NCBI GenBank assembly: GCA_965219535.1
Contig: CBDCNV010000001.1
Coordinates: 240,001 to 272,000 of the forward strand
DNA from: Opitutales bacterium
GTDB taxonomy: Bacteria > Verrucomicrobiota > Verrucomicrobiia > Opitutales > PNEW01
Reading direction: 5' to 3'
DNA length: 32,000 nucleotides
Below, in pieces: positions 16,200-23,809 of this stretch. Numbering within the stretch: the stretch's first letter is position 1; each line of letters begins with the position of its first letter. The position numbers and the translations under genes are program-made. The notes below the pieces were generated by a model that was given only the letters and a program-made list of their open reading frames with translations, ran no database searches and had not been told where the DNA came from.

Positions 16200-16278
16200 A
16201 GGTGGAACGCGGTGTCCCTACCGCGTTAATTGAAAGTAATTAATAAAGAAGCGTGCTGGGAACCAGCCCGCTCCACCT
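16200..16278 (-). mobile_element. MITE-like / structured repeat element, copy 2 (79 bp, inverted relative to copy 1)
   Basis: The reverse complement reads AGGTGGAGCGGGCTGGTTCCCAGCACGCTTCTTTATTAATTACTTTCAATTAACGCGGTAGGGACACCGCGTTCCACCT. It aligns with copy 1 over both ends, and the central roughly 16 nt is divergent. Confidence 0.7.
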
Positions 16279-16326
16279 AAATTATTAAAATTGATTTCTA
16301 AAGACTAATCAGTAATCTTAGCCCTA

Positions 16327-16815
16327 ATGCAGGCTTGGATTGAAACAGTGTTGGTTAACTTGGGTTATATATTAATGATCGAGCCAACGGGCGTCCATTT
16401 TTATATACTCTCCGGAGTCGCAACAGGCAGTTTTCTCATATTTGGAAAACTGATTGCTGCTTATCTGGTTGGCAGCGAAAAAGGATTTTTACTGGTTTTT
16501 CTCGGTATGTTGATCCCCCTGATCTTGATCGTGGCGGGATTAACTTTGGCTGACCTTTATCTTGTTCATCATATTAAAAGTGAAACTTGGCAACTAGTGG
16601 TAAAAATCAGCACCGGCACAACTCTTTTTTTGTTCATTGGTGTTTATCTAGCTAAGCTTTTATTCTCTATTGAGTGGGGCAAGAGCCTGGCGGCAATCAT
16701 CCTGACTTATGGGATTACCTTTGCCGGATTGTTTTTAACGAAGTCGGGAATAGAGGCATTTTCATCCGGGGCTTCGGTCGTCGATAAATATCAGGAAAAT
16801 CGCGCCGAGGAGTAG
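16327..16815 (+). CDS. Hypothetical polytopic membrane protein (162 aa)
   Basis: Has four to five hydrophobic helices and no motif I recognise. Confidence 0.4.
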   Translation: MQAWIETVLVNLGYILMIEPTGVHFYILSGVATGSFLIFGKLIAAYLVGSEKGFLLVFLGMLIPLILIVAGLTLADLYLVHHIKSETWQLVVKISTGTTLFLFIGVYLAKLLFSIEWGKSLAAIILTYGITFAGLFLTKSGIEAFSSGASVVDKYQENRAEE

Positions 16816-16850
16816 GCCGCCTCATAAAGACCACAACGTGTAATTTCTGG

Positions 16851-16867
16851 TAGGAATTATATTCCTA
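16851..16867. promoter_or_regulatory. Dyad site 1: TAGGAA-TTATA-TTCCTA
   Basis: A 17-bp dyad with perfect 6-bp arms and a 5-nt spacer, read directly. Confidence 0.4.
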
Positions 16868-16888
16868 TCTTGTGGGATCCGAATCAGA

Positions 16889-16905
16889 TAGGAATATATT
16901 TCCTA
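16889..16905. promoter_or_regulatory. Dyad site 2: TAGGAA-TATAT-TTCCTA (19-bp dyad with flanking A/T)
   Basis: Same half-sites and spacing as site 1, with centres 38 bp apart. Confidence 0.4.
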
Positions 16906-16958
16906 TTAAGATTTCGCTTCTCTTTCGGTCGTTCCCGAGGATCTGAGGTTATTCAGTT

Positions 16959-16989
16959 AATTAAGTAATTGGTAACTAATTACTTAATT
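16959..16989. promoter_or_regulatory. Dyad site 3: AATTAAGTAATT-GGTAACT-AATTACTTAATT
   Basis: Perfect 12-bp arms separated by a 7-nt spacer. Confidence 0.35.
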
Positions 16990-16992
16990 CTC

Positions 16993-17015
16993 TACTAGGA
17001 AGTAATTACCTAGTA
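16993..17015. promoter_or_regulatory. Dyad site 4: TACTAGG-AAGTAATTA-CCTAGTA
   Basis: Perfect 7-bp arms. The spacer reuses the AAGTAATT word of site 3. Confidence 0.3.
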
Positions 17016-17096
17016 AGTGTGTAATCCTATCAATAATTCGTTCCCGTAATCTCATATATTATTGGATGTCAATATCATGCCAAACTAAGTGAAAGC

Positions 17097-17112
17097 TGGC
17101 ACAGGGTCTGCT
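17097..17112 (+). promoter_or_regulatory. Sigma-54 (RpoN) type -24/-12 promoter upstream of fliA: TGGCACAGGGTCTGCT
   Basis: Matches the consensus TGGCAC-N5-TTGC at every position except the first T of TTGC. GG lies at 17098-17099 and GC at 17110-17111, which is the correct spacing. It sits 84-99 nt upstream of the fliA ATG. Confidence 0.5.
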
Positions 17113-17195
17113 TAAAGAACGACACGTCAATATAAAATTCAGCAGGAGAAACTACACCTGTAACCGAACAACACAGAGAAAGAACAGAATCTATC

Positions 17196-17978
17196 ATGAA
17201 AACAGTGATCATAAAATTTAATGGCCAACCCCAGGCGCAAAACGAGATGACCGCGAAGAGGGAGGAAGAGACAAAAAATATGGATATAGTTGAAAGCTAT
17301 CTCCCTTTAGTAAAGCGCGTGGTAAAGAAGATTATGAAAAATCTACCTTCTCATATTGATTCCGACGATCTGCACAGTGTGGGTGTATTAGGTTTAATAG
17401 CAGCAACGCAAAAATATGACCCGCTTCAGGGACATACTTTTGAAGCTTACGCAGCGATGCGCGTGCGCGGCGCTATTCTCGATGAGTTGAGGCGTCTTGA
17501 CAATATGCCAAGAACGGCACGCGCCAAATACCGTCAGCTACAAAAAACGGTAGAGATTTTAGAACAGCGGTTCGGCCGAACACCAGAAGATGAAGAGATA
17601 CGGGAGGAAATGGGTCAGAGCACGAAAGAATTCAAACGGATGATGAAGCAAGTCATACCGGTAAACTTTGTATCCCTCGATCGTTCGTATCATGTAAGTG
17701 AATTCAAGGAGCCAGACTTACACGAGGCACTCGCAGACAATCAGCAAATACCCAGTTGGGAAATGATGCAAAGGGATGAAATGCGAGAGCTCATGACTGA
17801 ATGTTTAAAACAACTCCCCGACCGCCAGAAAAAAATATTGTCGATGTATTATTTTGAGGACATGCGATTAGGTGAGATCGCCGAGGTATTCAGTGTGACT
17901 GAAGCGCGCGTTTGCCAGATTCACGCCAAGGCTGTAGCTGCACTGCGAAATTCGGTATACAGTGCGATGAATCGCTAA
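17196..17978 (+). CDS. fliA: RNA polymerase sigma factor FliA/WhiG (sigma-28)
   Basis: Contains YLPLVKRVV, DDLHSVGVLGLIAATQKYDP, FEAYAAMRVRGAILDELRRLDNMPR (region 2), and LGEIAEVFSVTEARVCQIHAKAV (region 4.2 HTH). The true start could be an internal Met (MTAKREE or MDIVESY). No other flagellar genes are in the window. Confidence 0.85.
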   Translation: MKTVIIKFNGQPQAQNEMTAKREEETKNMDIVESYLPLVKRVVKKIMKNLPSHIDSDDLHSVGVLGLIAATQKYDPLQGHTFEAYAAMRVRGAILDELRRLDNMPRTARAKYRQLQKTVEILEQRFGRTPEDEEIREEMGQSTKEFKRMMKQVIPVNFVSLDRSYHVSEFKEPDLHEALADNQQIPSWEMMQRDEMRELMTECLKQLPDRQKKILSMYYFEDMRLGEIAEVFSVTEARVCQIHAKAVAALRNSVYSAMNR

Positions 17979-18188
17979 GATGATCTAAAGGATAGATTGC
18001 TCCCGGTTGAGTTCATCTCTCATTGCCATTTAATAAGGGTGTCGTGAATCTTACAACCCAAGGTAGATTGGGTTCCACCCTGATATTGCAGCTCATATAA
18101 TGTGAAAAGCTGGCTGAGAATGGCCCGCATTCGAAGAAATTAATAAATTATTTGCGTTAGATTGAGCACCGGTTATTTTAAGGGTGAG

Positions 18189-18202
18189 AGCTGATATCAG
18201 CT
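18189..18202. promoter_or_regulatory. Perfect 14-bp palindrome AGCTGATATCAGCT just upstream of the hydrolase gene
   Basis: Read directly. It lies 12 nt before the TTG at 18215 and 21 nt before the ATG at 18224. Confidence 0.25.
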
Positions 18203-18214
18203 TTTCTAGCAATA

Positions 18215-19087
18215 TTGAGAGCGATGCTCGAACGCACACAGTTTACCTGGATACCCACATTTTTCATGATAGTGATTGTTCTCTGTGGGTGTCGATCGAT
18301 GCCGGATAAGACATTATATGTAAGTGAGAAATTTGCGTCAGGTATAATGCCTGCATTTCATACTTATCGCATCGATGGCCGCACTATTCATTATGCTGAT
18401 ATCGGTGATGCCAGTTTGCCCTTGGTAGTCTTTGTTCACGGCTCACCCGGATCGTGGAAAACTTTTGCCGGCTTCATGGCCGATCCCTATCTCCAGGGTA
18501 AGGTTCGTATGATAGCTGTTGACCGACCCGGTTTTGGTCAATCGGAATCTGGCCGTGAAGTTAAATCGCTTAAACGTCAAGCTGCCTTGCTGAAACCGAT
18601 TCTCGATCGCAATCGCTCCGGATCAGGTGCGATCCTAGTCGGGCACTCATTCGGTGGGCCGGTTATCTCGCGCATGGCGATGGATTATAGTGATCAAATC
18701 GGCGCGCTGATTATGGTATCACCGACCATTGATCCTGAACTTGAGAACACATTCTGGTATCAGCATCTTGTTAAAGTACCACTTCTCCAAATATTGATAC
18801 CGAAAAACCTTACCACGGCTAATCAGGAAATTCTTCCACTAAAAGGGGAACTTGAAAAAATGGTTACCCATTGGAACGAGATCCATGTCCCGGTATACTT
18901 GATTCACGGTGAACGCGATCGTTTGGTCTCACCGGAGAATGCGGAATTTGCTGAACGGATGCTAGTCAATGCGGAACTTAAGGTTTATCGCATGCCCGAG
19001 CTCAATCATTACATACCTTGGACGCGTCCCGATTTAATTAAATTCGCGATCATCGATCAGTTGGAAGAGCGGGTTTCATTCAACTGA
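18215..19087 (+). CDS. Alpha/beta-fold hydrolase, probable lipoprotein
   Basis: Contains the GHSFGG nucleophile elbow, VFVHGSPGSW, and HGERDRLV. The N-terminal MLERTQFTWIPTFFMIVIVLCGC looks like a signal peptide with a lipobox (LCGC). The likely true start is the ATG at 18224. Confidence 0.75.
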   Translation: MRAMLERTQFTWIPTFFMIVIVLCGCRSMPDKTLYVSEKFASGIMPAFHTYRIDGRTIHYADIGDASLPLVVFVHGSPGSWKTFAGFMADPYLQGKVRMIAVDRPGFGQSESGREVKSLKRQAALLKPILDRNRSGSGAILVGHSFGGPVISRMAMDYSDQIGALIMVSPTIDPELENTFWYQHLVKVPLLQILIPKNLTTANQEILPLKGELEKMVTHWNEIHVPVYLIHGERDRLVSPENAEFAERMLVNAELKVYRMPELNHYIPWTRPDLIKFAIIDQLEERVSFN

Positions 19088-19096
19088 TGAAGTTAT

Positions 19097-19205
19097 GTGT
19101 ATAAGCGTTGATGCGAAGATGCGTGAAAGCGGGTATGGGTGGATGCGTTGATGCGAAAATGCGTATAAGCGGTTATGCGAAGAGGCGGATATGAGTGAAT
19201 GAGAA
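19097..19205 (+). repeat. GCG-word array (GATGCG, GCGAAGATGCGTGAAAGCG) with an internal imperfect 40-bp tandem duplication
   Basis: The units start at 19105 and 19145 and share 29 of 33 aligned bases. ATGCGAAGATGCGTGAAAGCG (19111-19131) has an exact reverse complement at 19271-19291. Confidence 0.85.
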
Positions 19206-19261
19206 TTTGGAGGGACGCGCGTGGCCCTACAGGTATACATTTGAAAAGCCTTCCCGCATTG

Positions 19262-19306
19262 TCTCATTCACGCTTTCACGCATCTTCGCATTCTCGCTTA
19301 TACGCA
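19262..19306 (+). repeat. Complementary-word array (TTCACGC, CGCATCTTCGC), the right arm of the inverted repeat
   Basis: The sequence is TCTCATTCACGCTTTCACGCATCTTCGCATTCTCGCTTATACGC. It ends 10 nt before the DeoR stop codon. Confidence 0.85.
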
Positions 19307-19315
19307 AAAACATTA

Positions 19316-20083
19316 TCAGGTTGTTATCTTAAGTTCGGTTCCCGCGGACCGCATGGCACGACTGAGCCGCGGTTCAGGTTTTTCGTTCGTGACAACGATA
19401 AAATCAGATTTAAATGAAGTAGTCAGTTCGAGGGCGCGTTTCCCGAATTTACTATTATCGATGGCAAATATGCTTTTATCGGCTGCCTTCAGTATCTTTT
19501 TTTGTGCAGAGACGATAAAACTGTTACTATTCCAAATGCCTTCCTCCGTGATGCCCGCACCGCCGAGGATCGCTAAATCAGCATGCATTTGCGAAAGAGA
19601 GTTCTCGCATGTCGGGCCGAGGAGAACGCCGAGACGGTGGTAAACAGTACCACCCGTGACAATGGTCTCCATCGAGCTAATTTCATTAAAAAGGACTGCA
19701 ATAGGAAGGGAATTAGTAATCACGATAATACGTTTGGAGACTAACAAGCGTGCAACGGTGTAAGTTGTCGTACCCCCATCAAGAATAACGGTCATACTTG
19801 GTTCGACAAGGTCAGCTATATATTGAGCGATAGCATGTTTTTCGTCGACGTACCGATCATCCTGGGTGATGAAGTCATAACCAATAGCGTTTACTTCGTT
19901 ATCGATTAAGCTAGCGCCGCCGTGGTGCCGCCGCACCACTTCCCTGGCTTCCAGTTCGTTGAGCGCACGCCTGACTGTTGACAGACTGATATCAAACTCT
20001 TTCGCCAGGGTATGCAGATCAGCATACTGATGCTCGCGAATATATTGTTCAATAAGATCGATCCGTTGTTTACTAATCATCAA
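19316..20083 (-). CDS. DeoR/GlpR-family transcriptional regulator
   Basis: Has an N-terminal HTH (LAKEFDISLSTVRRALNELE) plus a C-terminal DeoR sugar-binding domain (ILDGGTTT, ILGGAGI). Length is 255 aa. Confidence 0.85.
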   Translation of the reverse strand: MMISKQRIDLIEQYIREHQYADLHTLAKEFDISLSTVRRALNELEAREVVRRHHGGASLIDNEVNAIGYDFITQDDRYVDEKHAIAQYIADLVEPSMTVILDGGTTTYTVARLLVSKRIIVITNSLPIAVLFNEISSMETIVTGGTVYHRLGVLLGPTCENSLSQMHADLAILGGAGITEEGIWNSNSFIVSAQKKILKAADKSIFAIDNSKFGKRALELTTSFKSDFIVVTNEKPEPRLSRAMRSAGTELKITT

Positions 20084-20145
20084 CGAAATTTATCAGAGGG
20101 TGAATGTATTGCTATTAGTCCGTTATTTGAAGTGGTGAAATAAAC

Positions 20146-20586
20146 CTATTCAAAAACAGTTTTTTCTTTATTTCCCCATAATGCGGGGGTTCCAAGTTCT
20201 ATACTGTTTCCCGCCGGGTCACGAAAATAGAGTGAAATACCGCCGCTATTTCCAGGAATCTCTTTTTCTATGGCCACACCTTTTAAACCGAGATGATCCC
20301 GCCATTCGTCAATTTCATTTTCTTTAACGGCGAAAGCGGAGTGACATGGACCGATCGCACCATGGGTAGGGACATCGTGTTCGATATTAGGATCGCTCGT
20401 AACTATTGGATTGAAAATCAAAAAGACACTTCTCCCCAGGCAAAAGAAAAGATGTAGACCCTCGGCTTTGCGAATTAATTCCAACCCAAGTATATCACAA
20501 TAAAATTTTTCCGCCTTATCTAAATCATCGACGTAAATGCAGGTCTCGAGTATCTGTTCAGGATGGGAGATCATTAGAAGTGCCAA
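20146..20586 (-). CDS. VOC-family (glyoxalase/bleomycin-resistance/dioxygenase) protein
   Basis: A 146-aa protein containing LDKAEKFYCDILGLEL and YFRDPAGNSIEL, which are typical paired beta-alpha-beta-beta-beta module motifs. TTG start. Confidence 0.7.
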   Translation of the reverse strand: MALLMISHPEQILETCIYVDDLDKAEKFYCDILGLELIRKAEGLHLFFCLGRSVFLIFNPIVTSDPNIEHDVPTHGAIGPCHSAFAVKENEIDEWRDHLGLKGVAIEKEIPGNSGGISLYFRDPAGNSIELGTPALWGNKEKTVFE

Positions 20587-20890
20587 TTAATTTCTATCAT
20601 GCCAATCGACGCATTAGATAAAATAATTTAGAAACACATCAACCGAAAAGGAATTAACCATTCAGAGCACCCATTTTTCGTCATATAAGAAGGGAGAGAA
20701 ACTGAAGGGCATGGGAGCAGCTGATTGCGTAATATTAACTCGCCGGTGTTTAATGGGAACCGGATGCTTTTTTTTAAGTCGATTATAATGTATATTTGTG
20801 ATCGAATATTTTTCTTGGTCAGAGACTTAATCTTGTTATAAATCCCGGGGTAGGTATAAATTAAGAAATAAAAATTTAGAATTTAGAATT

Positions 20891-21493
20891 ATGAATCAAG
20901 CGGTGAAAACGATAATGGAAGAAAAATCCGATTCAGAAGATATTAAAAGCATCAACCAGGTGGTGCAAAAAAAGTTTCTCGATGAGAGGAAAATATTCCT
21001 CTGGGGCGAGGTGAATGATAAATCATGTCGCGACGTGACAGAGCGCTTGCTCTATCTCGAAACCACGGATCCGGGAAAGGAAATCATTCTCTATCTTAAC
21101 TCACCCGGGGGATCTGTTGATGCCGGGATGGCCGTTTTCGATACGATGAAACTGATCAGTTCACCGATTACGGTCGTCGTTACCGCGATGGCTGCAAGCA
21201 TGGGATCGATACTTCTCTGTGCCGCTTCGGAAGGACAGCGGCTGCTCTACCCACACGCGCGAGTTATGATTCATCAGCCACTGATCGGTGGTCAGATGAT
21301 GGGTGCAGCGGTCGATATAAACATCTATGCTCAGGAAATGGAAAAAACGCGCGAGGAAATAAATCGCATTTTGTCAAAATCGTCGGGCCAGCCCTTGGAA
21401 AAAGTACAGAAAGATACCGATCGCGACTTTTATATGAATGCCCAGGAGACAATCGACTACGGACTGGCAGACAGAATAGTGGACAAAGCCTAG
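20891..21493 (+). CDS. clpP: ATP-dependent Clp protease proteolytic subunit
   Basis: Contains LNSPGGSVDAGMAVFDTM, the catalytic Ser in MAASMGS, His in MIHQP, and Asp in DRDFYM. Length is 200 aa. Confidence 0.95.
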   Translation: MNQAVKTIMEEKSDSEDIKSINQVVQKKFLDERKIFLWGEVNDKSCRDVTERLLYLETTDPGKEIILYLNSPGGSVDAGMAVFDTMKLISSPITVVVTAMAASMGSILLCAASEGQRLLYPHARVMIHQPLIGGQMMGAAVDINIYAQEMEKTREEINRILSKSSGQPLEKVQKDTDRDFYMNAQETIDYGLADRIVDKA

Positions 21494-21498
21494 GGCTA

Positions 21499-22665
21499 TC
21501 AGTTTTTCCCGTTTGGGGTGATCTTAAAGGGACGGTAAAGCGGATCACCAATTAGTACCGCCTGCCAACTGAGAGTGGGTAAGGCGTAATAGGCGGCGTC
21601 TCCTAAAGTCCAGTCTTGTGAGAGGGTGTCGAAGAAAGCGTCCAGATGATGCGTGTATTCCAGATAAGGTTCATAAACATTACCCAGGGTGGCGGTGACC
21701 CCTTTGGCAATTAATGGAGCACACCAATTTTTATTAGCATTGCGCAAAGTTGCAGCGGAATAACTGTGAATATGGACGGCAATTGCACCGGGGGGGAATT
21801 GAAAATCATCCCTGAGAAAAGGCCCGTTTACACGATTTGAGTACCAACCAAAATAAAGTGCTGGGTCTTTGAAATCAGCATTGTATTGAAAGGTTTTCTT
21901 AGAACTCTCCAAGGTAAGAGCATATCCCATTGAAGAAATTTTTACTTCAATATTCTTCAACCACTTTTCACCGGTCTCGTGCTTTCCCCCCCTATCGATA
22001 TAGGCCCGCCCGGCGAGTCCCTGTATTTCTGCAAGAATAGCGTTATCAACGAGCCCCATAGCCGAGCTCAAATCAGGTCCATCGAGCCGAGACACTTTTA
22101 TCACAAGCTGTTTTTCCAAATGAGTGGGGTTTGTTCTTTTAAAAAGAGGATTTGGTATCCATCCGGTTATCGAGTGTGTGGGGGCTGCTAAAAGCGAAAG
22201 TTCAGCCTCGAGAGAACAATGATTGGTTTTAAATTCGGGTGTAAGATGTCGCGACGATTCGTTCGCCAGGCGTTTTTTATCATTAGAGATTTTTAGAGGT
22301 ATGCCCCGACAGATCACGAGGTAACTTATATTATGCTTCAGTACCGCAAAACGGTTGCGGCCGTGAGAATCGTACAATTCAGAGGTCAGCGCCTCTATCC
22401 AGCCTTGTTCTATCAAGGTGTTGGTGAGTGGATTATAAATGGTCTCGATAAACTGTGACCAGGTAATTTCCTCGGAATCTGGCGCTTCGAGAAGAATGAG
22501 ATTTTTTTCAGGAATCTTTCTTTGCTCAAGGTAATGTAATGCAAGCTTTACGGATTCAGATTGATTCATATTGGCTATAACCACCACTGAATCAACCGCG
22601 GGTTCACAGGAGATCGCCGAGAGGCTACTGTTTACTAAAAGCAGTGAGATTAGAAAATAGCGCAT
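21499..22665 (-). CDS. Secreted hypothetical protein, TIGR03790-like
   Basis: Has the signal peptide MRYFLISLLLVNSSLSAIS. VVVIANMNQSESVKLALHYLEQRKIPEKNLILLEAPDSEEITWSQF resembles my recollection of the TIGR03790 N-terminus. The function is unknown and the family assignment is unverified. Confidence 0.4.
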   Translation of the reverse strand: MRYFLISLLLVNSSLSAISCEPAVDSVVVIANMNQSESVKLALHYLEQRKIPEKNLILLEAPDSEEITWSQFIETIYNPLTNTLIEQGWIEALTSELYDSHGRNRFAVLKHNISYLVICRGIPLKISNDKKRLANESSRHLTPEFKTNHCSLEAELSLLAAPTHSITGWIPNPLFKRTNPTHLEKQLVIKVSRLDGPDLSSAMGLVDNAILAEIQGLAGRAYIDRGGKHETGEKWLKNIEVKISSMGYALTLESSKKTFQYNADFKDPALYFGWYSNRVNGPFLRDDFQFPPGAIAVHIHSYSAATLRNANKNWCAPLIAKGVTATLGNVYEPYLEYTHHLDAFFDTLSQDWTLGDAAYYALPTLSWQAVLIGDPLYRPFKITPNGKN

Positions 22666-22752
22666 GAAGAGAGATAAAAGTGGGCGTGAAAAAGTAAAAT
22701 GGAAATCGAAGTTATTATCGGCTGTGAACCATCCTAAGACTGGGCAAACCGA

Positions 22753-23790
22753 TTACCCAACATTCTGGCGAAGGCGATTAAGTGTTTTCTGATACCGCAT
22801 CAAACCATCGGCGACCGCCTGTGCGATACGCTGCCGGTAATTGGCCGCGCCAAGATTTCTCGACTCAATGGCATTGGAGATAAATCCACCTTCCACTAAG
22901 AGACCGGGACAGTTAAGTTCCTTTAGAAAGATGAATCGGGCTCGTTTCAAACCACGGTCGGGAGTGGGAAGTCCTCTTATTAATTCTCGTTGGACGTAAT
23001 AACCCACAAGCGTATTCCAGGCATTTTGGCGGTTGCCAGGATAAAATCTGCGGTCGGAGGATTGTAAGGTTTTACGGCCGGTGGAGGGCTGATTGTGTGG
23101 GGTAATAACGTAAGTTTCGAGGCCTTGAACTTTATTAGATTTATGCGAATTAAGATGAATACTGATAAATAGATCAGCTTTAAGAGCGTTAGCAATAGCG
23201 GGTCGTTTATCCAATTCTATGAATTTGTCACTTTTTCGCGTGAGCGTGACGCGGTAGTTTTGTGATTCGAGTATTTTTTTAAGACGGATCGCAATATCGA
23301 AAGCGAGCGTCTTTTCCTTTATTTTTAAAGTATTATTAACCGACCCAGGGTCTTTACCACCATGTCCGGGATCAATGACAATATGATATAATTTAGGGAC
23401 GTTCGGGATTTTTTGCGGTGTCAGGATGGGTATGACATTATGCTTATAATCCAATTCGCTGATATAAAGATCCAGGCCGTTCAAGGCTACAGGATAGCCG
23501 AGAAAAACTCTGATCCCATTGAGTTTAATATCTCTTTTATCAACCTCAAAATCCAGCCGGGACCATTTGCTTGTAAGGGTCATTGTCTCCTTGTTTTTCA
23601 CCCAAGAGCGTTTCATGCCTAAGTTGGCGGCAACGTGTTTGAGGCTGAGATAATCGACGCCATTAAATTTGACGCTGCCCCAGGCATCGGAAGTCAACGA
23701 AGTAATTCCGAAGAAGAAAAGGAAAATAAAAATCGCAGAAAACGAGTTCAGAGGGCGAACTTTTATTTGAGCTAGGAAGCGAGGGCTCAT
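22753..23790 (-). CDS. N-acetylmuramoyl-L-alanine amidase (Amidase_3, AmiC-like)
   Basis: Contains IVIDPGHGGKDPGS, ADLFISIHLNS and LLVEGGFISN. I trimmed the track ORF (to 23940) to the Met at 23790 (MSPRFLAQ... followed by the hydrophobic signal FIFLFFFGITSLTS). The longer form overlaps infC by 131 nt. Confidence 0.85.
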   Translation of the reverse strand: MSPRFLAQIKVRPLNSFSAIFIFLFFFGITSLTSDAWGSVKFNGVDYLSLKHVAANLGMKRSWVKNKETMTLTSKWSRLDFEVDKRDIKLNGIRVFLGYPVALNGLDLYISELDYKHNVIPILTPQKIPNVPKLYHIVIDPGHGGKDPGSVNNTLKIKEKTLAFDIAIRLKKILESQNYRVTLTRKSDKFIELDKRPAIANALKADLFISIHLNSHKSNKVQGLETYVITPHNQPSTGRKTLQSSDRRFYPGNRQNAWNTLVGYYVQRELIRGLPTPDRGLKRARFIFLKELNCPGLLVEGGFISNAIESRNLGAANYRQRIAQAVADGLMRYQKTLNRLRQNVG

Positions 23791-23809
23791 ACAGAATGAG
23801 GCGATAGCC

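Noticed and set aside
20711-20788. Possible 25-aa Cys-rich micro-ORF (MGAADCVILTRRCLMGTGCFFLSRL) with a 5-bp hairpin plus T8 run (about 20743-20775) in the clpP upstream region.
   Set aside because: There is no convincingly spaced SD. The hairpin stem is only 5 bp (CCGGT/ACCGG) with an 11-nt loop. No supporting conservation can be assessed from this window, so it is too weak to call a gene, attenuator or terminator.
21493-21499. Terminator between convergent clpP and the TIGR03790-like gene.
   Set aside because: The stops are only 5 nt apart, with no room for a hairpin. Nothing can be called here.
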